DNA from: Phyllosticta citribraziliensis
Taxonomy: Eukaryota
Assembly: GCF_038025025.1 (NCBI RefSeq)
Contig: NW_027117344.1
Location: forward strand, 248,001-312,000
Length of the DNA: 64,000 bases
Direction of reading: 5' to 3'
In this document: positions 50,037-61,147 of the stretch, piece by piece
Layout of the letters: every line of letters begins with the position of its first letter
Numbering within the stretch: the first letter of the stretch is position 1
Position numbers and translations under genes: made by a program
Notes under the pieces: generated by a model
Database searches by the model: none
Told to the model about the DNA's origin: nothing
The model's input: the letters and a program-made list of their open reading frames with translations, nothing else

Positions 50037-52024
50037 ATGGCAAAGAAGAGAAAGGCCTCGGGCCAAGCATATGGCCAGCCCAAGGATCCGAAGGACGAAA
50101 AGACCAAGCTCAACATCAACACCTTTGAAGATGTCGCCGACTCGGAAGACGAATTTCACATCAACCGCGACAAGATTCTCTTGGACGAAGGTCCAGAGGC
50201 AAAGAGGCGGAGAAAATGGCAGGAGAAAGGTGCGTCGGCCAAGCCGCAGAAGTTCTGTCCACGCGCTAACCGCCCACAGACCAATTTCTCGAGCCATCCG
50301 ACGAAGAAGTCCTAGCCTACGACGACAAGTCAGAAGACGAAGACATGGTTGACGAGTCGGACGATGACCAAAACAGCGACGACCCAGAAGCCGGCGAAGG
50401 CGATGAGGAAGAAGAAGAGGCTTGGGGTGCCTCAAAAAAAGATTACTACGATGCGGACAAGATTGAGACAGAGCAGGATGCGTTGGACGAAGAGAAGGAA
50501 GCCTTGCGCCTGCAGAAGAAGCAGCTGGAGGGCATGACGGAAGCTGATTATGGTTTTGATGAAGCCGACTGGGCTGCGGGCGATCAAGACGAAGCCGAGG
50601 AGGCTGACGGAGAGGTCGTGACGGAGAAGTTGCCCGAGTTGCAAGTCACCGACGACATGAGCCCCGCCGAACGCCTCAAGGCTCTCAAGACAAGATATCC
50701 AGAGTTTGAGCCCTTGTCGAAAGAGTTTTTGGATTTACAGCCCTTGCACAAGGAACTGGCGCTTGCTGCAGCCGCGGCCCAACAAATGCAAAAGCAGCGA
50801 GCCGCAAGAATCACGGGCGACAAGGTTCTCAAGACTCCGGCAGCGATAGTCAAGTACAGGGCTCTTTCTGCTTATTTGGCAGCATTGACCATGTACTTTG
50901 CCCTCCTGACGTCTACATCGGCAAACGGCGAGAAGACGCTCGCCCTCTCCCCGACAGAGCTCCGAGATCACCCAGTCATGGAAGGTCTAGTCCAATGCAG
51001 GGAGCTATGGAGCCAAGTCAAGGATATTTCCATCACGAACAAGATTGCCGACAGCGACACAAGCAACGAGTTGGAAGCCATTGAGGAAGAAGCCGACGCA
51101 GACGTTTCGCCCGTCGACGTTTCTGCCGTCAACGAAGTCAAACCCGCCAAGCCCAAGAAGAAGAGCAAAGCGCAGCGCGCAGCAGAGGCCGCTCAAGCCG
51201 AAGCCGAAGCCAAGCGGGCTGAACGTCTTCGCAAGACTGAGGAAGAGCTTGGTGCACTGTCTGCTCTCGCGGACCAGTCGGCGCTCAAGAAATCACGCAA
51301 GACCAAACAAACGCCCAAGCCCGAAGTGGCCGTATTCGAAAACGAGGAAGATTCAGACTTTGGCGACGAGACCGAACTCACAGCCGAGCAATTGGCCGAA
51401 AAGCTACGCAAGAGGAGGAGCTTGCGCTTCTACACTTCGCAAATCGCTCAAAAGACCAACAAACGCGACACGGCTGGAAAGGACGCTGGCGGTGACGCCG
51501 ATATACCTTACAGAGAGCGTCTCAAAGACCGTATGGCCAGACTCAATGCTGAAGCCGAGAGGCGTGGCAAGAAGAAGGTGGCGCCGGGAGAAGAGCTTGG
51601 TGGTGACAGTGATGAAGAGGACAGGCGGCAGGCCAAGGAGTTGCGCGATGGGGCGGCTGACTCGGAAGATGACTACTACGACATGGTGGCAGCCCGGTCA
51701 AAGCAAAAGAAGAGCGACAAGGCGGCAGCAGCAGTAGCATACTCAGAGGCGGCAAGAAAGGGAGCTCAAGTGGTTGAGAAGGAAGAAGTCGGGGCAGACG
51801 GCAAGCGCAAGATCAGCTACCAGATTGAAAAGAACAAGGGTCTGACGCCGCACCGCAAAAAGGATGTGCGCAACCCGCGTGTCAAGAAGAAGAAGAAGTA
51901 CGAGGAGAAGATGAAGAAGCTGGGCAGCAAGCGGCAGTTGTACAAGGGTGGCGAGGGCAAGGGCGGATACAAGGGAGAATTGACGGGTATCAAGAAGGGG
52001 TTGGTCAAGAGTATCAAGTTGTAG
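50037..52024 (+). CDS. SAS10: SSU processome subunit Sas10/Utp3 (intron 50230-50279)
   Basis: TFEDVADSEDEFH; WGASKKDYYDAD; YPEFEPL; LRDHPVM; C-terminal KRKISYQIEKNKGLTPHRKKDVRNPRVKKKKKY...GYKGELTGIKKGLVKSIKL. Confidence 0.95.
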
Positions 52025-54326
52025 TCGCTTTGGTCAGCGCATCTCAATACCACACGAATTCACCAAGAAGGACTACTGGGCTCTGGAACAATCTAGGGCG
52101 TTTCTCGTTTCTCGTCGGCATTGCGCCAAAACTTAGCCCACACATAGCTAATGTACTCGAGCATACATGATTTTGAACCTCACACAGTCCAGCCGTCTCA
52201 GTACTACCACGCCGCTCTCGCCTTGGCCTCCTCGCAGCCCTGTCGCTTTGTTTGAGACGTGTCACCGCTTCAGTTCCACCTCCACGTTTCCTGTGTTAGC
52301 CTCCTTGGCTACGTTGTTGCGTCGCACTCACACATGGCAGAAACCACGAAGGCTGGCCAATCTGCTTAACCAGATTACAGGACGTCCCGTGTCTGTCTGT
52401 CGGCTATATCACTTGTACACTGCAGAAAATCGGCGTCAAGAGAGAACTAACGGCCGTGTCCCCCAACCTGAAAGCAGTCTGGGCTAAGAAGAGAAGGGTA
52501 TCCTTGTATCACGGTAAGGCTCGCTCTCGTTTTCGCAGCACCTCGCACTCCTCGTCAGTACAAGTACCGCAACCAACTCTTCCATCCACACCAAGGCAAC
52601 ACCCACTCCACCTAAGTACTCCATCCCCCCAAAAATGACCCCGCAGCCCTCCCACGCCCGCACATCAACACGCAGCCCGCGCAAGTCGACCGTCCGCTGA
52701 CCGGCGCACCTGTCAAATGGCGTCTCGACCGCGACTGGGCTGTCCCATGCAGCTAGCCCAGCAAGCGGTTCCTGCGTCACAGCGCTCGGTTTGGCAGCGG
52801 CCGGACCCTGCCTTGCCTGCATAAGTTTGGCACTTGGGTGGTTTTGCTTCGCCTGGCAGCGCACTGCGCCCCCCACGCTCTGGATCTAGGTCTAGGGGTG
52901 GGCAGAGTGCGCCCTGTTTTGCACGCTTCTGCTCTGGTAGTGGACCTTTTGTAGGTCGGAATTGTGTCGTCCAAGGTCTGGTATGCCACAAGCGACGTAA
53001 TGGGAATACACAGGTAAACGAACAGCGCAGCCTGTTTTGCGGTTAAGCAAAAGCAACCAGACCCAAGCCGCCTCAGCATGCAGGGCAAGAAAAGGCAAGG
53101 CGTGCCCTGCTCGCGTGGCCGGCGTAGCGTCGTCCGTCACATCAACGGACAACCCAGCTAGCTATTTGGGGAGCTCCTAGCTGGCCAACGTCGCACGCGG
53201 GCAGACACATTGCGGCCTCGCCCGTCATGCCTACCATGCCCTGCCCACCGGTCGGCACTGGTGAGCAGCAACTAGTCGGCATTGTTGCAAACAGCCGAGA
53301 GCTAGCGGAGGCGTGGTGGTGGAGGGAAACTTTAGGGCGGGCTGCCAACGACCTGGCTGTCTGTTGCTGTTTTTTGGTTGCGTTGATGTGGTGGTGAGCT
53401 GTGGACTTGTCTGCCTACCTTACTCTCTCTCTATTCTTTTGGTTTGGTTACAGAGTACTGGTCTTGATCTGCAAGAACCACAGTGAGCAGCAGTCTGGCG
53501 CGCTTCCAGAAGCTGTCGTGTCTGGAGCCGCTGCTGCTATTGCCGTGGGTACGTATTCCCGTGTGTTGTGGTTGCTCACCTCCTCTATACACGCGCCTCC
53601 ACCAACAACTTCCACTCCTCTTCCACTCATACAGTCAACATTCGTACCCCGTTCTGCAAGACACCACGCCTAGCATTCTTTGGTGCAATCATTTCTCTTC
53701 CTCTCGTCACCTCACCCAATCCAGCACCGTTCAACCAACCAGCCAACAGCTTGTCCAAGCCACACACCACCCCCGCTCAAGCTTCCCGTCCCCGCGCCCA
53801 AGCACCCTGATTTTGCTTTGCCTGCTTCCCTGCCTGCCCTACCAGCGTACGCTTACATATTCCCTGCCCACTGTTCGCTGAGGTGTCGAGGACAAATAAT
53901 CACGTCTGCTATGTAGGGAACAAATGCTCTGGAGCCCCCGCAACGGAGATCGCTGGCGCCCTCGCTGAAGCCTGGCTCTTCCGTACCGTGCGCAGGACTA
54001 TTTCTTGCCTGCTTCTCCCACCGCAGCAGCAGCGTTGAGCTTGCCTGGCCTCTCGAAACTCTATCCAGCGTTGCGCAGGGCTCGCGCTACCCAACTCAGC
54101 ACTCCGAAGCTCCTCGCAGGGGCCGCAACCTTGAGCCAAAACCTTCACCCAACGCGTCCCGCGGCACTCCAATCGCAGGGCCAGGACCCTCTCCCGGACG
54201 TTCCGGCAGGCAGAGACGGATAGACTTTGAACGGAAAAAGAGAAAAAGCGCGCAATTTTCGGAGTCGGCTGTTGGTTGCCAACACCTGGCTGGCCTCGCG
54301 TGCCGGACCCTGCAGCCGGCTGGTAT

Positions 54327-55442
54327 ATGGAGGCCAGGTTGAAGACGACGATGCTTTGGACGCCGCAGCAGCAGCAGCACGACACGCTCCACGACGCCCT
54401 GCACCATCACCGCTGGCTGCTCGTCGACACGACTGCAGTGCCGTCGGCATACGCAATCCCCCTTCCTCCTGCTTCCGCCAACACCTTCAACCACAACAAC
54501 CACGCCGACGGCACGACCATGGCGCTTACCGACACGCTCCCGCTCCCCTTTGCCCACACCACGGCCATGTTGCTGCTGCCCCTCGTCGGCGTCCTGCTCA
54601 TCACGCCCTTCCTCGTATACGCCACCTACCATGACTACCGCGCCTTCCTCGCCCTCGGCGCCGGCGGCACGCCGCACAACTTCGGCGGCTACCTGCGCAT
54701 CAAATTCCTGTCGCTCTTCCGTCTGGCGAATCCGCGCGTCCCCGCCCCTCTGCCCTCTGACCTGCGCCCCTCCGGCTACCTCGACGCCGCCAAGCTGCCC
54801 TCCCGCCGCGGTCCGCGCCCCGACGTGCGCGGCATCGCGCCGCACCGCCAAGTCAGCGACAGGATGGGCGCGGCGGACGGCGGCGGCGCCATTTTCGAGG
54901 AGATGCTGGCCCGCATGCGGCGCATGGCCGGGCCCGACGCCGGCAATGGGCTCGTCGAGGGCACCAGCTGCTTCGAGAAGCACGGGACGGGCCTGTTCAG
55001 CACGCGTCCGCTGACGCCGACGTGTCGTGGCGAGGTGTGCCACATCCACGCCAGCGACGGCAGTCTGCACCTCACGCTGTACCCGGGCGACGCCAAGGTG
55101 GTGATTGAGCGCGGGTGGGGCGAGCGACACCCGCTCGCGAGGGGCGGCTGGCTGACTCGATTCGTGCCCCAGCATTTTCTGATGGTGTATGCGCCGCGAG
55201 ACGAGCACGAGATGGACGTCGTGGAGCGCATCATCAAGGCGAGCGTGTGGTGGGTTAGTGGAGTCAGCGTTGGCGGGGCGAGCATTGATGGCCGTGCGAG
55301 GTCCGAGGCGGATGAGAAGGCTGTGGGCGTGGCGAGGGATCAGGAGAGCCACCGTGACGGCGTTGCGAAGCAGATGGAGGGGTTTTGCCTGGGTTGTCGC
55401 CGCAAGCTGGATGTGGATTCGTACAGTGCGTTTGGCTCATAG
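54327..55442 (+). CDS. Fungal luciferase (Luz)/DUF5519-family protein with N-terminal membrane segment (start may be 54519)
   Basis: TM helix, then DYRAFLALGAGGTPHNFGGY, LPSRRGPRP..RGIAPHRQ, SCFEKH, EVCHIHASDGSLHLTL, VIERGWGERHPLA and VYAPRDEHE, matching the motif order I recall for Neonothopanus nambi Luz and DUF5519 proteins. Confidence 0.8.
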   Translation: MEARLKTTMLWTPQQQQHDTLHDALHHHRWLLVDTTAVPSAYAIPLPPASANTFNHNNHADGTTMALTDTLPLPFAHTTAMLLLPLVGVLLITPFLVYATYHDYRAFLALGAGGTPHNFGGYLRIKFLSLFRLANPRVPAPLPSDLRPSGYLDAAKLPSRRGPRPDVRGIAPHRQVSDRMGAADGGGAIFEEMLARMRRMAGPDAGNGLVEGTSCFEKHGTGLFSTRPLTPTCRGEVCHIHASDGSLHLTLYPGDAKVVIERGWGERHPLARGGWLTRFVPQHFLMVYAPRDEHEMDVVERIIKASVWWVSGVSVGGASIDGRARSEADEKAVGVARDQESHRDGVAKQMEGFCLGCRRKLDVDSYSAFGS

Positions 55443-55762
55443 CAATTGACTGGTTATTCGATGAATTTCGTCTTTGGCGAGTCTGAATATGTCTTAGGTG
55501 CATGAGAAATGCATGTTTTGGCGTGGCCTGTGAGGGAGCCAAGGCTGAAGACCAAAACCATACTTTCCTGAGCTATCTCTATAGCCCTTTTATCATCTCC
55601 GCATTTCTCGTCTCATGCGCCGTGGCTCAATGTCTCGCTTTTTGCTCTCCCGCTCAATTGACCCGTATGGCCGAACCTACACGCAGTCAGCACACTACTC
55701 CAGCATCCGCAGGACTTGATCACCTACCGCACAACCCCCCTTCCCACCGCAACCGCTCCCCA

Positions 55763-56282
55763 TCAAATCTTTCCTCCACCTCTAACCCAATCCGCAAACT
55801 CCCTGCGCTTCTCCTATCCAAAAATCAGCCCTCGCCCTCAACCCTCATCCAACAGACAAGCAGCAACTCACCCGTCCATCCCAAAACCCCATCCTCTCCC
55901 CGGTAACCCACGCCCACGGATTGCCCAGCGGCACCTCGCCAGCGCCCTGGACGGCCTTCCCCTTGAGCAGCCGACGCCGCGCCTCCTCGCGCTCGGCAGC
56001 GCCGGCCCAGCGCGCCCAGCGGATCGGTTTGAGCGCGGGCGACGCGCTGATGATGCCGGCGCAGGCGAGGAGCACGCTGATGAGGGTTTCGAAGACGATG
56101 TCGAGTGGGAGGGAGGGTGCGGTGGCATAGGTGGCGTAGAGGGTTGAGTGTTCGTGGGCGGAGTAGACGCTGTTCGGGGGTGGTTAGTGGGGGGTTTGGG
56201 GTGGGAGGGGAGGGGTGGTGGCGTACGCGTGGGTTAGGAAGAGGAGGCCCGTCACAGTGAGGAGGTTTGGTAGGATCGCCAT
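55763..56282 (-). CDS. EMC5: ER membrane complex subunit 5 / MMgT family protein, two introns
   Basis: MAILPNLLTVTGLLFLTHA|VYSAHEHS...SLPLDIVFETLISVLL...LKPIRW...GNPW...RMGFWDGR|EKRREFADWVR. Confidence 0.85.
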
Positions 56283-56652
56283 GGTTGCGGGCGTTGACGA
56301 AGTGGTGGTTGACGTGCGGATGTTGGTCGACGATGTTCGGTTCGTGGTGTAGCGCCCAAGCTTCTTGCCGCCAAGCGACTTGACCGCCTCCATCCCACAA
56401 ATCAGCTCGCACACCTGGGGCACGCCCTGGACCCCGCCGAAAAAGTCACAGATGTTTGGATCGCGTTTGTGCCATCATTTATCTTTTTTTTCATTGGCAT
56501 CTATGAAATCACTCATGATCATCATTCCGTAAAAACCCAGAAACCCATCATGAGCAAAGGCACTTGGTGTGACGCAACCAATGCTGAAACCCGTGGTGCC
56601 CCTCGAGCTTGCGCGAAGAATTCAAAATACGACAGTACTGAAAGAGACTGCC

Positions 56653-57675
56653 TTACAACTTCTGCATGGCAACAACGTCGGTGGACTGGATGTATTCGCT
56701 CTGCTCCTCGTCCTCGTCGGGGCCAGCCTGGAGCTGCTCCTGAAGCTCGTCGGTAGAGACCTTGTCGTCCTCGACGACGAGGTTGATCCGGAGCATCTTG
56801 ATGCCGAAACCGACGGGGACGAGCTGGGAGGCACCCCAGACGAGACCATCCTTCTCAATCGCACGAACCTCCTTCTCCAACGCGGCGAGATCGGTCTCGT
56901 CGTCTGTCGAGGCGGGTTAGAACAAGTCGGACAAAGAAGCACGAGAGAAAGCTTACCCCAGGGCTTGACGTCGAGGGTGACGATGGACTTGGCAGCGGGC
57001 TTTTCCTTGCCGGCCTTCTTCTTCCTGTACTCCTCGAGACGCTCCTCCCTGATCCTGACAGCCTCTGCGTCCTCCTCCTCGTCGTCAGAGCCGAAGAGGT
57101 CGACGTCGTCGTCATCCTCCTCCTTCTCGGGAGCACCAGCAGGGTTGATGGTGAGCTCGCTGGACTCGGGGCCGTAGGCGGTGGCGGCCTTGGAGGGGTC
57201 ACCAGGGAGAGAGGAGAACTCGGGCTCAAAGGTGGCAATGTGCTTGTACCAGCGGTAGGCGTGGGGGAACTTCTCGGCGGCAGGAGCCTCCTTCAGCTGC
57301 TTGAAGACGGCGACATCGGCCTGGGTAGGAGCGTAGCTGTTTGACAGTCAGCATGCTGCGACTGGTCCAATTGCGATTGAAAGTGTATTGAAGCAAGGAC
57401 TGGGTCAGAAGTGCGCAAAGCGCTGGTTTTGGACTCATTTGCGGGGTCTTAAGCCGCTCATAAACACGGACCAATTTTTTTCATCATTCGGGTCAAGGGG
57501 AAGGGGAATTGGTGGATGGACTGCACTTACCCGACAATGTAGCTGCGCGTCTGGACCCAGTTGTTAAGCACTAACCTCAGGCGTCAGTCAAAGTTTGCGC
57601 GGGGCCAGTTCAGCAGCAGAGGCGCTCTGACATACGGGTGAGGCCAGCGTCGGAGATGAAGTCGGTGAAACCCAT
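56653..57675 (-). CDS. EFB1: Translation elongation factor 1-beta (introns 57571-57635, 57337-57530, ~56904-56956)
   Basis: [38 protein letters not shown]...[14 protein letters not shown]...[19 protein letters not shown]...[11 protein letters not shown]...[11 protein letters not shown]. Confidence 0.97.
57400..57492 (-). ncRNA. snR18: Box C/D snoRNA U18 (snR18) in EF-1beta intron 2
   Basis: On the minus strand: C box ATGATGA (57487-57481), guide TTGGTCCGTGTTT (complementary to the conserved LSU rRNA sequence AAACACGGACCAA) followed by D' ATGA, and terminal D box CTGA (57408-57405). Yeast snR18 is known to lie in the EFB1 intron. Confidence 0.9.
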
Positions 57676-58012
57676 TTTGAAGTGTGAGGAGGTGGAGAGT
57701 GGTGGTTGGGGTATCAAGGAAGCAGGAATTGAAAAGTGGTGATGGATAGAGAGGGGCAAGGTGTCGTTGGGTTTTGAAGGGAAAAAAACCGACCCGCAGC
57801 TGGCACGGGCCTCGACCGCGCCCGGAAAATTGGGTTGGGCCGTCCTCCGGCGCTACCGTGGCGCCAGCTCCTGTGGCGCAGCTATGGCGCAAAAAGAAGC
57901 TCTTCGAATGCTCCAGCGATGTCTATGCCATCACCACTCCCGGTCGCGGGAGAGATATATACGACCTGTCCCTCGCGTTTTGCATGGGCCAATTGACTTG
58001 TCGACCGCTAAA

Positions 58013-60382
58013 ATGTTGTCACTCCAAGCAAGATCCGCCGCAAGGCGTCTTTCCGCTACGGCTTTGGATGCTTCGAACGCGCTCCGTCCGCGCAACGCTA
58101 GATCTTTGGCGAGAATATCCCAGCGACCACCAACATGGACAACTTCTGCGACGACGCTCAGACCGACATGCGCCATAAGACACTATGCCAACGGCCGGCC
58201 ACATCCCCCGGGTGGTACACATCGGATGAACATGGGCGGTGGTGAGGAAAAGCCGGCATTGGAAGAGTATGGTGTCGATCTCACGAAAAAGGCAAAAGAC
58301 GGAAAGCTGGATCCAGTGATTGGGAGAGATGCGGAGATACACAGGACAATCCAGGTGCTTTCGCGGAGGACAAAGAACAATCCAGTCTTGATTGGTGCTG
58401 CCGGTACCGGAAAGACGGCAGTGCTTGAGGGACTCGCACAGCGCATCGTCAGAGGAGATGTCCCCGAATCGATCAAAGACAAGAGGGTTGTGTCGCTGGA
58501 CTTGGGTTCGCTCATTGCGGGTGCCAAATTCAGAGGCGATTTTGAAGAGCGGTTGAAAAAGGTTTTGAAAGAGGTGGAAGAAGCCAAGGGTGGCGTCATT
58601 CTTTTCGTTGATGAACTGCACACCCTTCTCGGACTCGGTAAAGCAGAAGGCAGTATCGATGCCAGTAATCTGCTCAAGCCAGCGCTGTCTCGGGGCGAAT
58701 TACAATGCTGCGGCGCAACCACCCTCAACGAGTACAGGCAAATTGAAAAGGACGTGGCACTCGCAAGAAGATTCCAACCTATCCTTGTGGGCGAGCCTTC
58801 AGTACAGGACACGATTTCGATTCTCCGCGGGATCAAGGAAAAGTATGAAGTCCACCACGGTGTCCGCATTACAGATACGGCTCTCGTCGCCGCCGCAACC
58901 TACAGTAACCGATACATTACGGACCGCTTCCTTCCCGACAAGGCCATCGACCTGGTTGATGAAGCAGCCAGTGCTCTCCGTCTGCAGCAAGAAAGTAAGC
59001 CGGATGCCATTCAAGAGTTGAACAGGCAGATTATGACTATCCAAATCGAACTGGAATCACTGCGCAAGGAGGACGACGTCGTCAGCAAAGAACGTCGGGA
59101 CAAGCTCGAAGAACAGCTCAAGTCGAAGCAAGAGGAGTTGAAAAAGTTGAATGACAAGTGGGAGCAGGAGCGCAGCGAGATTGAAAACATCAAGAGCATC
59201 AAGGAAAGTCTGGAGAGAGCCCGTATTGAGCTCGAACAGTGCCAGCGCGAGGGCAACTTTGCCAAAGCCAGTGAGCTCCGCTACGCCACCATTCCCGAAC
59301 TCGAAAAGAAGCTTCCCAAGGATGGCTCGGAAGGGCCAGGCAAGACTCCGGACAGTCTACTTCACGACTCTGTAACTGCCGACGACATTGCCAACGTCGT
59401 CAGTCGCAGCACGGGCATTCCAGTCAGCAAGCTCATGTCTGGGGAGATTGAGAAGCTCATCCACATGGAAGACACTCTTCGCCAGTCTGTCCGGGGACAA
59501 GACGAAGCGTTGACCGCCGTCGCCAACGCTGTCCGTATGCAGCGCGCAGGTCTCAGTGGCGAGAACCGTCCTCTCGCCAGCTTCATGTTCCTCGGACCTA
59601 CCGGTGTCGGAAAGACGGAGCTTTGCAAGAAGATGGCCGAATTCTTGTTTTCGACCGAACAGGCAGTCATCCGATTCGACATGAGCGAATTCCAGGAGAA
59701 GCACACTGTCAGCAGACTCATCGGCAGCCCTGCGGGATACGTTGGTTACGACGATGCAGGTCAGCTCACGGAGGCAGTGAGAAGGAAGCCTTATGCGATT
59801 CTCCTGTTTGACGAGTTTGAAAAGGCTCATCGCGACATTTCCACGCTACTGCTCCAAGTCTTGGACGAGGGTTTCCTCACGGATGCACAGGGCCACAGGG
59901 TCGACTTCCGCAACACAATTATCGTCTTGACCTCCAACCTCGGCGCCGAAGTCATTGTAGGAGACAATGCCGTCACCAATGCAGAGACGGGCGAAATTTC
60001 ACCCGAGGTCAAGAAGTCAGTCATGGACGTTGTGCAGTCGAGCTACCCGCCCGAGTTCCTCAACCGCATCGACGAATTTATTCTCTTTAGACGGTTGTCC
60101 AAGGCGGCGCTGAGGGACATTGTGGACATTCGGTTGAAGGAGCTTCAGAAGCGCCTGGAGGACAGAAGAATCACGCTCAAGGTTCCGGACGAGGTCAAGG
60201 AATGGTTGTGCGACCGCGGATACGACCCGCGGTACGGCGCCAGGCCTCTCAACCGGCTCATTGCGAAGCAAGTGGGCAACAGCCTCGCCGACAAGATTAT
60301 TAGGGGCGAGGTCAGAAATAATTCGACGGCAGTTGTTGGCATCAACGAGGACCAGAACGGCCTATATGTGGCAGCAGAGTAA
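58013..60382 (+). CDS. HSP78: Mitochondrial ClpB-family disaggregase Hsp78
   Basis: Arg-rich presequence ([13 protein letters not shown]...), no N-domain, [10 protein letters not shown], Walker A GAAGTGKT and [34 protein letters not shown] and [11 protein letters not shown]. Confidence 0.96.
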   Translation: MLSLQARSAARRLSATALDASNALRPRNARSLARISQRPPTWTTSATTLRPTCAIRHYANGRPHPPGGTHRMNMGGGEEKPALEEYGVDLTKKAKDGKLDPVIGRDAEIHRTIQVLSRRTKNNPVLIGAAGTGKTAVLEGLAQRIVRGDVPESIKDKRVVSLDLGSLIAGAKFRGDFEERLKKVLKEVEEAKGGVILFVDELHTLLGLGKAEGSIDASNLLKPALSRGELQCCGATTLNEYRQIEKDVALARRFQPILVGEPSVQDTISILRGIKEKYEVHHGVRITDTALVAAATYSNRYITDRFLPDKAIDLVDEAASALRLQQESKPDAIQELNRQIMTIQIELESLRKEDDVVSKERRDKLEEQLKSKQEELKKLNDKWEQERSEIENIKSIKESLERARIELEQCQREGNFAKASELRYATIPELEKKLPKDGSEGPGKTPDSLLHDSVTADDIANVVSRSTGIPVSKLMSGEIEKLIHMEDTLRQSVRGQDEALTAVANAVRMQRAGLSGENRPLASFMFLGPTGVGKTELCKKMAEFLFSTEQAVIRFDMSEFQEKHTVSRLIGSPAGYVGYDDAGQLTEAVRRKPYAILLFDEFEKAHRDISTLLLQVLDEGFLTDAQGHRVDFRNTIIVLTSNLGAEVIVGDNAVTNAETGEISPEVKKSVMDVVQSSYPPEFLNRIDEFILFRRLSKAALRDIVDIRLKELQKRLEDRRITLKVPDEVKEWLCDRGYDPRYGARPLNRLIAKQVGNSLADKIIRGEVRNNSTAVVGINEDQNGLYVAAE

Positions 60383-61147
60383 GCAATTGGATAGGGGGAT
60401 TGGTGGTCAGTGTGTAGGTGGTCATGTGGGACGACGGGACTTGGGCTAGAGCAGGCGCACGTCTCCACTATGCAGGGTGTAGGAATATGCATTGCAGGCG
60501 TTTATGGGCAAGGATTGGGGGATTGTATAGTCAAATGCTAGACACTTTACTCTTGAGATGACGTCTATTACACCGAGATGTGCCGTGTGTATAAGGCCTG
60601 CGTCGGGCGCCCAGCGCGAGACTGCGACGACGCGGTTGGACGCGACGGAATGGAATGGCGGCAGGCGGCTTCATGTAAGAGGCGTCGCAGCAAGCCCACT
60701 TTTGACGCAAGCGGCAAGGTCACGATAGAGGGGTCAGGTTTGGATGGTGGAGGAGGCAACAGAGTTCAGTCGGGCCGACCTTCTCCACACGAAGGGACAT
60801 GGACATGGGGCAAAGGCCGACAACAAGCAAAATCGACTGCGGGGGTGCCACCAGTCAGCAAATTCAAGTCAACTCTCATTAGCACACCCCACAACTTTCC
60901 ACTCCCCCCAAACTATCCCATCCCTCCCGCGCCGTCTCCTCTCGCTCTCGCTATCGCCGTCCCATGGATCGTGTTTCTGTGCATCCCAGCTAGAACAACC
61001 GTCGTCGCTGCACCCCATTGCAGCGCTCCAGTCTCAGACACACAGCGGCGCGCCGCTACGCGATCGGAGACGCCTCGCTCGGCCTTCCTGCCCTACCGCC
61101 GCCGGCTATCCTTCTGTCCGCCCGCCCACCCACCTTACCTTACCGCT

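Noticed and set aside
54096..55352. 418-aa minus-strand ORF
   Set aside because: Antisense shadow of the Luz-like gene.
57761..58012. N-terminal extension of HSP78 in the ORF track
   Set aside because: Starts at a non-ATG codon within the EFB1/HSP78 divergent promoter. ATG 58013 has good context and opens a typical mitochondrial presequence.
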